From Pseudoxanthomonas sp. (lineage in GTDB: Bacteria > Pseudomonadota > Gammaproteobacteria > Xanthomonadales > Xanthomonadaceae), in assembly GCA_050737675.1 (NCBI GenBank), contig JBOHXX010000001.1:1-47610 (forward strand): a stretch of DNA of 47,610 nucleotides, written 5' to 3'. Made by a program: the position numbers and the translations under genes. The notes under the pieces are model-generated. The model did not search any database, had not been told where the DNA came from, and saw only the letters and a list, made by a program, of their open reading frames with translations. Shown here one piece after another: positions 17,831 through 26,570 of this stretch. Positions within the stretch are counted from its first letter, which is position 1. Each line of letters starts with the position of its first letter.

Positions 17831-18310
17831 TCATTTCTTCGGTCGCGAGGACCAGTGGATGTGAACGATGCGCCAGCCGTTGGGCGTATTTTTGAGCACC
17901 ATCGTTTCGGTGCTCAGTAGCGCCATCGGCTTGCCGTCCTTGGATGCATGCAATTCGCTTTCGGTACCCACCCAGGCAAGACCGCCTTCCCGTCGGGCGG
18001 TGCGATGGACCAGTTGGATCTGAGCTGTCTTGAGGAACTCAGCATCGTGTCCGGCATGGCCGCCCAGATACTCCTCTTTAGAGCGCTCCGCGCCACCGCT
18101 TTCCAGGATCAATACATCCTCGGCCAGCAGCGCACCGGCGCGCCCAAGATCTCCCGCCTTCAATGCAGAAGAAAACTCTTCAACCACTTTGACCGCCGGG
18201 GCTGCCTGGGCTTCGATCGCAACGGTGGCCGGCTTGGCATGCGTCTCGGGGCCGTGCGCTTGCGCCAGGGGAGCCAGCGCCATGAGCAGCATTGCGGTGA
18301 TGAATTTCAT
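17831..18310 (-). CDS. Secreted SnoaL/NTF2-like (DUF4440-like) protein
   Basis: Start ATG 18310; signal peptide followed by HGPETH; ESGGAERSKEEYLGGH; C-terminal GWRIVHIHWS. Confidence 0.82.
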   Translation of the reverse strand: MKFITAMLLMALAPLAQAHGPETHAKPATVAIEAQAAPAVKVVEEFSSALKAGDLGRAGALLAEDVLILESGGAERSKEEYLGGHAGHDAEFLKTAQIQLVHRTARREGGLAWVGTESELHASKDGKPMALLSTETMVLKNTPNGWRIVHIHWSSRPKK

Positions 18311-18335
18311 CCAATGATCCTTGTGAGAGAGTTGA

Positions 18336-19202
18336 TTAGTGCTGGTGGCCATCATTCTTGTGATCCTCCGCCTGGGTTTCGGGCATCACCATGCCAGCGT
18401 GCTCATCCGCTGCGGGCTTTGCAGCTGACGGGGTGTCGTCGTGCGCAGGTGTTCCGGGCGCATGTGAATGCGGCTTGGCCGCTGGCGCCTTGTCCATTTT
18501 CATGCCGGAATGATCGGCAGCTGCGTCGTCATGCGGAGGAGTGCCTGCCGGATGGGCATGCGGCTTCGCTTCTTCCATCACCATGCCCTTCATGTCGCCA
18601 TGCTCATCGGCTGCGGCATCTCCGTGGTCATCTTCAATGCCTTCTGGATGTTCATGCGGCTTGGTCTCTCCGCCACCATGAGAGTGTCCGCCGCTGCTTT
18701 CCACCAATGCCTGGTATTGCTGCGCGTTGAGCTTGGGAAGTTCCTGCAGGAAGGCCGCCATGTTCCAGATGTAGTCGTCTTCCATGCTCTTCCCCCAAGC
18801 CGGCATACCTGAAGCCTTGATTCCGTGCTTGATCACCCAGAAGGCTTCGGCTGCCTCGACGGTTTCCTGGGTCAGGTTGGGCGGCGCTGGATACAGGCCT
18901 TTGCTCATCTCGGTTGCTTCCATGCCCGGGGCCAGATGGCACCCCATACACATGGCGTTGTAGTTTCCGGCACCTTGGGTGATGCGCGCGGGATCTTTCA
19001 GGTCTGGAACCTTAAGCTTGCTCGCCCGCGCTTCGATGGAGCGCTCGCGCATGGTCTCCATCAATGCATACACCGGCCGGGTGTGCTGATCGTCGGCGCC
19101 GATGTTGTAGATGCCCGACCAGACGAAGCCGGCGACAGCCAGCACCGCGACGCCGGCCAGGACGCTCAAGGTAAGCAGTGATTTTCGTGTCACGAATGGC
19201 AT
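18336..19202 (-). CDS. copM: c-type cytochrome with His/Met-rich repeat tail (CopM-like)
   Basis: Start ATG 19202; TM anchor; YNIGADDQH; haem motif CMGCH; GIKASGMPAW; three KPHxH...HDD repeats. Confidence 0.85.
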   Translation of the reverse strand: MPFVTRKSLLTLSVLAGVAVLAVAGFVWSGIYNIGADDQHTRPVYALMETMRERSIEARASKLKVPDLKDPARITQGAGNYNAMCMGCHLAPGMEATEMSKGLYPAPPNLTQETVEAAEAFWVIKHGIKASGMPAWGKSMEDDYIWNMAAFLQELPKLNAQQYQALVESSGGHSHGGGETKPHEHPEGIEDDHGDAAADEHGDMKGMVMEEAKPHAHPAGTPPHDDAAADHSGMKMDKAPAAKPHSHAPGTPAHDDTPSAAKPAADEHAGMVMPETQAEDHKNDGHQH

Positions 19203-19218
19203 GATGTGATTTCCCCTG

Positions 19219-20346
19219 TCAGAACCAGATGCGGAAGCCAGCGACGACACGCGTGTCGCTGGCGCTTTCGTTTTCATCGCGACGCAAATCGGCGGTATTG
19301 CCGAAGGTACGCTCATGAACTACGCCGATGTACGGCGCGAACTTGCGAGTAAATTCGTAACGCAGGCGCAGACCGGCCTCCGCCGTGCTCAGTCCCGAGC
19401 CGATGCCACGGGACGGATCGTTCTTGCCATAGAAGTCCACCTCGACCAGCGGCTGCAGGATCAGCCGGTTGGTCAGCAGTAATTCGTACTCAGCCTCGAA
19501 CCTGGCCGCGGTCTGCCCGTGTTCGCCGACATAGGCCATCGCCGAAACCTCGAACATCTGCGGCGCCAGCCCCTGCACGCCGAACCCGGCGAAGCTCTGC
19601 GAGTCGCCGGGCTTGAAGTCGTGGCGCACGCCGGCGACCCAGTCCCACCACGGCGTGAAGCTGCGGCCGTACATCAACTCCAGATCGGCCGATTCGGTAT
19701 GCCCATCGACGCGTTCGCCTTCGCTGCGCCACCACAGGCGATCCAGATCGGTGCCGACCCAGCCCTGTCCTTCCCACGCCAGCCCCTTGCCAGGGTCGGC
19801 ATTCCAGCCTTCCAGGCGGTTGATCAGCGTGTAGCTGTGGATGGCGTTGTCGAGGTGCTCCATGTGCTCGGCTGGCGGCATGGCGGCAGCGCGGTCGGCC
19901 TCGGTGATCGGCGGAATCGGAGTGTGCAATTCGCCCGAGGCCGTCTTCCCATCGCCGTGCTGCATGCCGGGCATGGCCTCCATCGACATGTCGGACATGT
20001 CGTGCCCCATCCCGGCGTGATCCATCGTTTGTTCCGTTTCGGATGGCGTCTCCGGCATCGCGTGGTCCATCTTCGAATGATCCATCGGCATCGAGGCAGG
20101 TTCGGACGTCGTGGCCGGAGGCATCTGGTGTCCGGCATGGGGATCCGTGGCCGCCGGCTTGGCGGCCGTCTTCGGCACTGGCTTGGAAGCCGGTTTCTTC
20201 TGCGCCGGCTTGGCTTCGGTCGGCGTTGGCGGCACGGGCATGGTCATCTTCGAGTGGTCCATCTTCGAATGATCCATTTCCTGCGCCATGGCCGGAAACG
20301 CCGATGCCAGCGCGATGCCCAGCAGGCCAATCTTCAAGGCGCTCAT
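19219..20346 (-). CDS. copB: Copper resistance protein B (outer membrane)
   Basis: MDHSKM-rich N-terminus, EGQGWVGTDLDRLWWRSEG, QGLAP, GLRLRYEF and C-terminal GFRIWF. Confidence 0.95.
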   Translation of the reverse strand: MSALKIGLLGIALASAFPAMAQEMDHSKMDHSKMTMPVPPTPTEAKPAQKKPASKPVPKTAAKPAATDPHAGHQMPPATTSEPASMPMDHSKMDHAMPETPSETEQTMDHAGMGHDMSDMSMEAMPGMQHGDGKTASGELHTPIPPITEADRAAAMPPAEHMEHLDNAIHSYTLINRLEGWNADPGKGLAWEGQGWVGTDLDRLWWRSEGERVDGHTESADLELMYGRSFTPWWDWVAGVRHDFKPGDSQSFAGFGVQGLAPQMFEVSAMAYVGEHGQTAARFEAEYELLLTNRLILQPLVEVDFYGKNDPSRGIGSGLSTAEAGLRLRYEFTRKFAPYIGVVHERTFGNTADLRRDENESASDTRVVAGFRIWF

Positions 20347-22235
20347 GCGATGCCCTCCCCGACCTGTACGGCACGCATCATTCCGGCTTCCATGTGTAAG
20401 AGCAGATGGCAGTGGTAAGCCCAGAGGCCCAGCGCATCGGCGCGCACGCGGTAACTGCGTTTGCTGCCTGGCGGCATGTCGACCGTGTGCTTACGCACCA
20501 TGAAGTTGCCATCGTCGTCCTCCACATCGCTCCACATGCCATGCAAGTGGATCGGATGGGTCATCATCGTGTCGTTGACCAGAACGATACGTACACGCTC
20601 GCCGTAGTTGAGCCGCAGAGGCGCTACCTCGGAGAATTTCTGCCCGTTGAAGCCCCAGGCGAACTTCTCCATGTGCCCGGTCAGATGCAACTGGATTTCG
20701 CGTCCGGGATCGCGGCCGTCCGGGTCGTCGAACGTGCTCTTGAGCATCGAGTAGCTGAGCACCGTGCGACCGTTGTCGCGCAGGCCGTTGCCAGGATCGT
20801 CCAACCGCGAGCTGACGGTCATCGCCTGGTTGTCGATCAGCGGATTACGCGTTTCACTGGCCGGGTGCGTGACCGTGCTCTCGGGGCCCATGCCGGTCAT
20901 TGAGCCGCTTTTCATGCCCGCCATGTCGTGGCCGGCGTGGGGGTCGGCGTTGGCCGGCTTCGAATCCTGTGTTGCCGAGCCATGATCCATGCCGGCCATG
21001 CCCATATTGGCACCGCAGCTCATTTCCATGCCCTTGCCGCCGGACATGTCCATGCCGCCCATGCTTCCATGGTCCATGCCCATGTCGGTCATGCTGAGGA
21101 GGTAACGCGGGTCGACCGCCGGAACCGCTGCACGCAGGCCTTCGCGCACCGCCAAGGTGCCGCTGACGTAGCCAGTGCGGCCGGAGTCCTGAGCGAAGAT
21201 GGTGAAGGCATCCTGCCCGGACGGTTCGACGATCACGTCGAAGGTCTCTGCCACTGCGATGCGGAATTCGTCAACCGTCACCGGATGCACGTACTGTCCA
21301 TCGGCGGCGACTACGGTCATCTTCAGGCCGGGGATGCGCACATCGAAATAGGTCATCGCCGAGCCATTGATGAAGCGCAGTCGCACCTTCTCGCCACTGC
21401 GAAACAATCCGGTCCAGTTGCCCAGCGCAGTCGTCCCGTTCATCAGGTAGGTGTAGGTGTGGGCGTTGACGTCCGACAGGTCGGTCGGCGTCATCCGCAT
21501 AGCGCCCCACATGCGCCGGTCGGCGAGCGTGGCCTTCAATCCATCCTGCTGTGCATCGCGGAAGAAATCGCCGACAGTGCGCTTGTAGTAGTTGTCGTAG
21601 CCGGCCATCTTCTTCATGCGCGAAAACAGCGCAGTCGGATCGAGGTCGGTCCAGTCGGACAGCATCACGACGTAGTCGCGGTCGTAGGCGAACGGCTCCG
21701 GCGCGATCGGATCGATGATCAGCGGCCCGTACAGGCCGGCCTGTTCCTGAAACGAGGAATGGCTGTGGTACCAGTAGGTGCCGCCTTGGTTGACGGTGAA
21801 GCGATAGTTGTACACCTCGCCGCGCGCGATGCCGTTGAAGCTCAGGCCCGGTACGCCGTCCATGTTGGCCGGCAGGATTATGCCGTGCCAGTGGATTGAG
21901 GTTTCATTGCCGTGGATGGAACCGGCAGGCAGCGCATTCGCCACGCGCAGGTTGACCGTAGTGCCCTCGCGCCAGCGCAGCAGCGGGGCTGGGATCGAGC
22001 CATTGACCGTAATCGCCGGACGCGTGCGCCCCGTGAAGTTCATCGGTGTTTCGCCGATGACCAGGTCGAATTCGGTACCAGAAAGGACATTGTTGTTGCC
22101 AGGGCCCTTGAGCGCCCAGCTGTTCTTGGGCCACAAACCCAGTGCGGCGGCTGCACCGCCAGCAGCCAGCCCTTGGACAAACCGGCGACGTGACGGCGTG
22201 CGAAGTCCACCAGGACCAATAAGATCGGATGACAT
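20343..22235 (-). CDS. copA: Copper-resistance multicopper oxidase
   Basis: Start ATG 22235; Tat motif SRRRFV; Cu ligands IHWHG, WYHSH, HPIHLHG and HCHLLLHMEAGM; Met-rich insert. Confidence 0.97.
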   Translation of the reverse strand: MSSDLIGPGGLRTPSRRRFVQGLAAGGAAAALGLWPKNSWALKGPGNNNVLSGTEFDLVIGETPMNFTGRTRPAITVNGSIPAPLLRWREGTTVNLRVANALPAGSIHGNETSIHWHGIILPANMDGVPGLSFNGIARGEVYNYRFTVNQGGTYWYHSHSSFQEQAGLYGPLIIDPIAPEPFAYDRDYVVMLSDWTDLDPTALFSRMKKMAGYDNYYKRTVGDFFRDAQQDGLKATLADRRMWGAMRMTPTDLSDVNAHTYTYLMNGTTALGNWTGLFRSGEKVRLRFINGSAMTYFDVRIPGLKMTVVAADGQYVHPVTVDEFRIAVAETFDVIVEPSGQDAFTIFAQDSGRTGYVSGTLAVREGLRAAVPAVDPRYLLSMTDMGMDHGSMGGMDMSGGKGMEMSCGANMGMAGMDHGSATQDSKPANADPHAGHDMAGMKSGSMTGMGPESTVTHPASETRNPLIDNQAMTVSSRLDDPGNGLRDNGRTVLSYSMLKSTFDDPDGRDPGREIQLHLTGHMEKFAWGFNGQKFSEVAPLRLNYGERVRIVLVNDTMMTHPIHLHGMWSDVEDDDGNFMVRKHTVDMPPGSKRSYRVRADALGLWAYHCHLLLHMEAGMMRAVQVGEGIA

Positions 22236-22346
22236 GAAAACTCCATTCAAGCAAGAACCGCACATGCGGAATCAGACAAGAGCTACCCGCGGGCTATCCA
22301 CGCGAGGTGCAAGTCAGGACAGGCGCCAAGAGCGCCCAAGGGATAC

Positions 22347-22778
22347 TTAGCCGATGGGAGGTCGGTTCAGGTGCGGAAGTGCAGGCGATGGGTGCCCCAG
22401 CAAAAGTGGGCGGACGCTCTGGCTATGATCGGCAAGCAGGGTAGTGACAAACGCGGACGCAGGCGGCGCTTGGGCAGCTTGGACGCAGACGCAATTGCAG
22501 CTGGACGATTTGCAGCAGTCCGGCGCGAGATGTTTCGATTTGGCAGGAGTGGGGTCAACTACCGCTACCGAGGCTTCGGAAACAGCTCCATTTGTCTGGT
22601 GACAAGGCATATCAGTCGCAGCCGAAACATCGGGCGACTCTTTAACAACTAATACTGCTTCTGTATGCCCCATCGCATGTGACATCGGCATGCGCACTGC
22701 CGCCGCAGCTCCAGAGGCGCCATTCAGCACCAAAGTGACGCTCAGAACTACCCGCAAGAGTGTTGGCCAGACTGACAT
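22347..22778 (-). CDS. copL: CopL metal-binding regulatory protein
   Basis: Start ATG 22778; LLRVVLSVTLVLNG, MPCH, DCCKSSSCNCVC and C-terminal PHLNRPPIG; directly upstream of copA. Confidence 0.9.
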   Translation of the reverse strand: MSVWPTLLRVVLSVTLVLNGASGAAAAVRMPMSHAMGHTEAVLVVKESPDVSAATDMPCHQTNGAVSEASVAVVDPTPAKSKHLAPDCCKSSSCNCVCVQAAQAPPASAFVTTLLADHSQSVRPLLLGHPSPALPHLNRPPIG

Positions 22779-22888
22779 GGCCGTACTGTAACCCCAAAAT
22801 TCGACATAAGAAGTAAGGGCCCGTGAACTCTGAACGGGGTCCAAGGTTTTCAGAGATTGGCGGACCAACTTGACCCAAGTATTTGAAG

Positions 22889-22946
22889 GACAGCTTTGGG
22901 TCGAAGCTGCCATCGGCTTTCCGTCTGCATCCGGCCAGAAGCAGAC
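22889..22946. repeat. Pair of related short hairpins near the island end
   Basis: GACAGCTT-TGGGTCG-AAGCTGCC (22889-22911) and GTCTGCAT-CCGGCCAG-AAGCAGAC (22923-22946), each with 7/8 stem pairing. Confidence 0.4.
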
Positions 22947-23149
22947 ACTCAACCTCGCACAACCAGCATCTTGGATCGATCGTCTCGATCGCGTTTTGCA
23001 CTAACAACTTTGAGCGCTGGAAATTCGCGTTTAAGCATTGTGGATTCGCAGTGCCAACACGGCAGTTTGGATGGTAGCTCGCCGCGAAGGTGGGCTATTT
23101 CCCTGATGCTTCTTCAAAACGTGTGCACATATGCTGCACACGCACCTTC

Positions 23150-23242
23150 TCAAATAATTGAATTAAAAAGGGTTTCCGCCCAATCCATCATCGGGGCGAC
23201 GGACAGGCGCAGGGAATCGGTGGCGGGGTGGGAATCGGGCAT
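23150..23242 (-). pseudogene. dusA: Displaced 5' fragment of tRNA-dihydrouridine synthase A; att junction at about 23180
   Basis: ATG 23242 reads MPDSHPATDSLRLSVAPMMDW|AETLFNSII*. RLSVAPMMDW is the conserved DusA N-terminus (normally followed by TDRHCR), and homology stops right after the Trp codon. Confidence 0.85.
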
Positions 23243-23363
23243 CAGGGGGCGGATTGTACGGGGTGCGGCGCCGATGGCATCACTAGTCGCCATGCCCGAA
23301 TCCCATCGGGCCGCGCCTTCATTACAATGAATCGCAGTCGGCGGGGGCCCATGCGCAGCCCAG

Positions 23364-25247
23364 ATGGATGACCCGCAAACCGGGAGACAGAAATTGAACG
23401 GGAATCGTCATGCACTGCAACGCGCCGTTTTCATCGCCAGCCTGCTGCTGGCGACCACGGTTGCCCATGCTTCCAGCGTGCAGCGCAGCTTCACCCCGCG
23501 CTTCTCGGTGACCGCCCGTGGCGATCTGTTGATCGTGGGCAACACCCTGATGACCTGCCCGGATGCCGACGCGGCCTGCCCGGCGGCGCGCGCGGGCGGC
23601 GCGGTGAACAACAACGCCTTCAACATGGCGTGGACCAACACCGACAACGTCGTGGCTGCCCCGGCGAACTCGAGCACCGCCACGCTCAGCATCCCGGGCG
23701 GCAGCACGGTGCTGTTCGCCGGCCTGTATTGGGGCGCGGACACTTCCGCGGGCGCCGGTGGCAGCGGGGCGACCCCGGGGAGACGCAACGAGGTGCGTTT
23801 CGCTACGCCAGCGTCGGGTTATGTAAACACCACGGCATCGGTGCTGGATGCCAGCGGAACGCGCTATTCCGGCTTCGCCGATGTCACCGCGCGGGTGCAG
23901 GCCGGTGGCAGCGGCACCTACAAAGTCAGCGGTATCCAGGCAGGTACGGGCGCCGACCGCTATGCCGGCTGGGCGCTGGTGGTGGTGGTCGGCAATCCCG
24001 CGCTTTCGCCGCGCAACATGGTGGTGTTCGACGGCTACGCCACGATCAATACCAGCCCCCCTTCCTCTGTGACCACCACGGTCAGCGGCTTTCGCACGCC
24101 ACCGGCCGGTGCGGTGACCACGCGCATCGGCGCGGTCGCCTTCGAAGGCGATGCCGGCGCGACCGGCGACAGTTTCCAGGTCAACGGACAGAACGTCAGC
24201 AACGGCCTCAACCCGGCGACGAACTTCTTCAACTCAAGCATCACTACCCTGGGCACGGCGATCACTGCCAAGAATCCCAACTACGCGAACCAGCTCGGCT
24301 TCGACATCGACGTCGCCAGCCCGACCGTACCCCTGGGCAACAACGCCACCAGCGCCAGCCTGACCTTCACCACGACCAACGAAACCTATTTCCCCAACGT
24401 GCTCACCTTCACCACAGATGTGTTCCAGCCGGTGGTCGAATCCAACCTGATCAAGTCCGTGGTCGACGTCAATGGCGGCTCGGTGGCGCCCGGGGACATC
24501 CTGGAATACACCCTGGCCTACGCCAACACCGGCAACGACGGCACCCTGCAGACCGTGGTCACCGACAACATCCCTGCCAATACCACCTACGTGGCAGGCA
24601 GTCTCTCCATACCGACCGGCGCCAATGCCGGCACCAAGACCGATGCGGCCACGGACGACCAGGCCAACTTCATTGCCGCAGCGCCGGCGCGGGTGGTATT
24701 CCGCATCGGTACCGGCGCTACCGGCCTGGTTGGCGGCACGCTTGCACCGGGCAATAGCGGCACGGTCAGGTTTCGCGTGCAGGTCAATGCCGCGGCTGCC
24801 GAAGGCACCAGCATCCCTAACACTGCTTCCGTGTCCTACGTCGAACAATCGTTGGGTACCACGGTAACGGCGAACTCCAATACCGTGACTTCCACCGTTT
24901 CCAATCGCGCCGACCTGAGCCTGACCAAGACCGACGAAACCGCGTCGGTCACTACAAACAACACCACCACTTACACGTTGGTGCTGACCAACAATGGCCC
25001 GGCGGCCGCCAACAACGCGGTGCTACGCGACCCAGCGGCGACCGGGCTCAATTGCCTTGCACCGGCCGCCTCCGGTTCGGCCACCTGCGAGGCCACCGGC
25101 GGCGCGCTGTGCCCGGGTGGAGGACTGTCCGGAACCGTCCCGGTCAGCAGCCTGCAGGCGGCGGGCGGCGCGACCATCACCACTTTTCCGGCAGGCGGCG
25201 TGATCCGCATCCAGGTCACCTGCCTGGTTACCGCCACCGGCCAGTGA
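23364..25247 (+). CDS. Secreted DUF11-repeat (Ig-like) surface protein; start may be TTG 23394
   Basis: Signal peptide ending VAHA; Thr/Gly/Ala-rich; repeats KSVVDVNGGSVAPGDILEYTLAYANTG and ADLSLTKTD...TYTLVLTNNGP. Confidence 0.85.
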   Translation: MDDPQTGRQKLNGNRHALQRAVFIASLLLATTVAHASSVQRSFTPRFSVTARGDLLIVGNTLMTCPDADAACPAARAGGAVNNNAFNMAWTNTDNVVAAPANSSTATLSIPGGSTVLFAGLYWGADTSAGAGGSGATPGRRNEVRFATPASGYVNTTASVLDASGTRYSGFADVTARVQAGGSGTYKVSGIQAGTGADRYAGWALVVVVGNPALSPRNMVVFDGYATINTSPPSSVTTTVSGFRTPPAGAVTTRIGAVAFEGDAGATGDSFQVNGQNVSNGLNPATNFFNSSITTLGTAITAKNPNYANQLGFDIDVASPTVPLGNNATSASLTFTTTNETYFPNVLTFTTDVFQPVVESNLIKSVVDVNGGSVAPGDILEYTLAYANTGNDGTLQTVVTDNIPANTTYVAGSLSIPTGANAGTKTDAATDDQANFIAAAPARVVFRIGTGATGLVGGTLAPGNSGTVRFRVQVNAAAAEGTSIPNTASVSYVEQSLGTTVTANSNTVTSTVSNRADLSLTKTDETASVTTNNTTTYTLVLTNNGPAAANNAVLRDPAATGLNCLAPAASGSATCEATGGALCPGGGLSGTVPVSSLQAAGGATITTFPAGGVIRIQVTCLVTATGQ

Positions 25248-25335
25248 ACCCTCGCGGAGGGCGAAGGAAAACGAGATTCCGCCCCTTCAATTCGATCTTC
25301 GCGGATTGATATGCCCGGAACGGGCCGCAAATCGA

Positions 25336-25686
25336 TCAGCTTGCAAGCTTGTCGTCCTTGGAGTGAGCGAACACCACCTGGTTGCCGTCCTGGTCGTGGA
25401 CAATGGCTACGTCGACCAGGTCGGAGCGCGATTTTTCGCCGATGCGGATGCCCTTGGATTCCAGTCCGGCGATTTCGCGATCCAGGTCCTCGACCACCAG
25501 CGTCATCGATGAATAGCCGGCGCGGATTCCGTCCTCGAACACCTGCACGCAACCGCCGTTGGGCAGTTGCCACTCGGCGACTTCGTCCATCGGCCGCGAG
25601 GCCGGGCCAAGGATCCGTTCGTACCAGAGCACGGCCGCGTCGATGTCGCGGACCGCGATCCCTGCCAGTGCATTGACGATGGACAT
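25336..25686 (-). CDS. VOC/glyoxalase family protein
   Basis: Start ATG 25686; IAVRDIDAAVLWYERILG...LVVEDLD...DQDGNQVVF. Confidence 0.85.
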   Translation of the reverse strand: MSIVNALAGIAVRDIDAAVLWYERILGPASRPMDEVAEWQLPNGGCVQVFEDGIRAGYSSMTLVVEDLDREIAGLESKGIRIGEKSRSDLVDVAIVHDQDGNQVVFAHSKDDKLAS

Positions 25687-25838
25687 GGCGCACCTTCCGC
25701 AGCGCTGGATGAAGTTGAGGAATACACAGAGGCGGGTTATCCAGTGGTGAAACCGTCTCGCGTGCCGTGAATCGGCCTGGACCGGCTTCGCGTGCGCCAA
25801 TGACCGAGGGATGACTCCAGAAGGGAGTCAGGTCGCTT

Positions 25839-26570
25839 TCATTGGCTTGCACCGACGAAGCGCAGTCCTACGCCGGGTTCGGTGGCGATGTATATCGGCG
25901 ATGCCGCTTCATCGCCCAGCTTCTGCCGCAGCTTGCCGACGAGGATCCGCAGGTAGTGGGTATCGTGCTGGTGGGTCGGCCCCCACACTTCCTTCAGCAG
26001 CTGTGGCTGGGTTACCACGCGACCCGCATGACGCAGCAACAACGCCAGCAGCATGTATTCCTTGCGGGTCAGTGCGACCGGTTTGCCGTGCACGTGCACC
26101 TCGCGGCGTGAGAGGTCCACGCGCAGCTGGCCATCGTCGAACACGGGCAATGCCTCGTGCGGATCGACAGCGTGCAACCGCAACAATGCGCGAACGCGTG
26201 CCATCAGTTCCTGCACGCCGAAGGGCTTGGTGACGTAATCGTTGGCCCCTGCGTCCAGCGCGGCGACTTTCTCGACCTCGCCGGCGCGCACGGTCAGCAT
26301 GATCACCGGCGCCTGCGACCACTGGCGCAGTTCCTTCAGCACTTCGTGGCCGTCCTTGTCGGGCAGGCCGATGTCGAGGATGACCAGATCGGCGCCCTGG
26401 GTGGCCAGCGCGGTGAGGCCTTCCTCGCCGTTCGCCGCCAGCGCCACCTGGTAGCCCTGCGCGCGCAGGCTGATGTCGAGGAACTTGCGGATCTGCGGCT
26501 CGTCGTCGATCACCAGCACGCGCGTGGGTGGCGTGGAGATGGTGGCGTTCTGGTCAGTCGGCGTCGGCAT
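25839..26570 (-). CDS. kdpE: Response regulator KdpE
   Basis: VLVIDDEPQIR, ILDIGLPD, ANDYVTKPF and winged helix YLRILVGKLRQKL...TEPGVG. Confidence 0.95.
   Translation of the reverse strand: MPTPTDQNATISTPPTRVLVIDDEPQIRKFLDISLRAQGYQVALAANGEEGLTALATQGADLVILDIGLPDKDGHEVLKELRQWSQAPVIMLTVRAGEVEKVAALDAGANDYVTKPFGVQELMARVRALLRLHAVDPHEALPVFDDGQLRVDLSRREVHVHGKPVALTRKEYMLLALLLRHAGRVVTQPQLLKEVWGPTHQHDTHYLRILVGKLRQKLGDEAASPIYIATEPGVGLRFVGASQ

Larger units (their letters stand above)
1..23180. mobile_element. Right end of a genomic island integrated in dusA (cargo: copper resistance, ECF/TonB signalling, hut operon); continues left of the window
   Basis: A truncated dusA 5' fragment (RLSVAPMMDW then non-homologous sequence) lies at 23150-23242. 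Third codon positions are visibly more AT-rich left of this point, especially in hut and TBDR1. The cargo is accessory and contains gene relics. The integrase is not in the window. Confidence 0.75.

Noticed and set aside
11532..22952. Extended N-termini in the ORF track (fecR 12668, ATPase 16911, merR 17507, copM 19316, copL 22952)
   Set aside because: They overlap upstream genes or promoters; downstream ATGs with RBS or ATGA coupling fit better.
22896..23330. 144-aa plus-strand ORF across the island end
   Set aside because: It spans the att junction and the dusA fragment; no coding signature.
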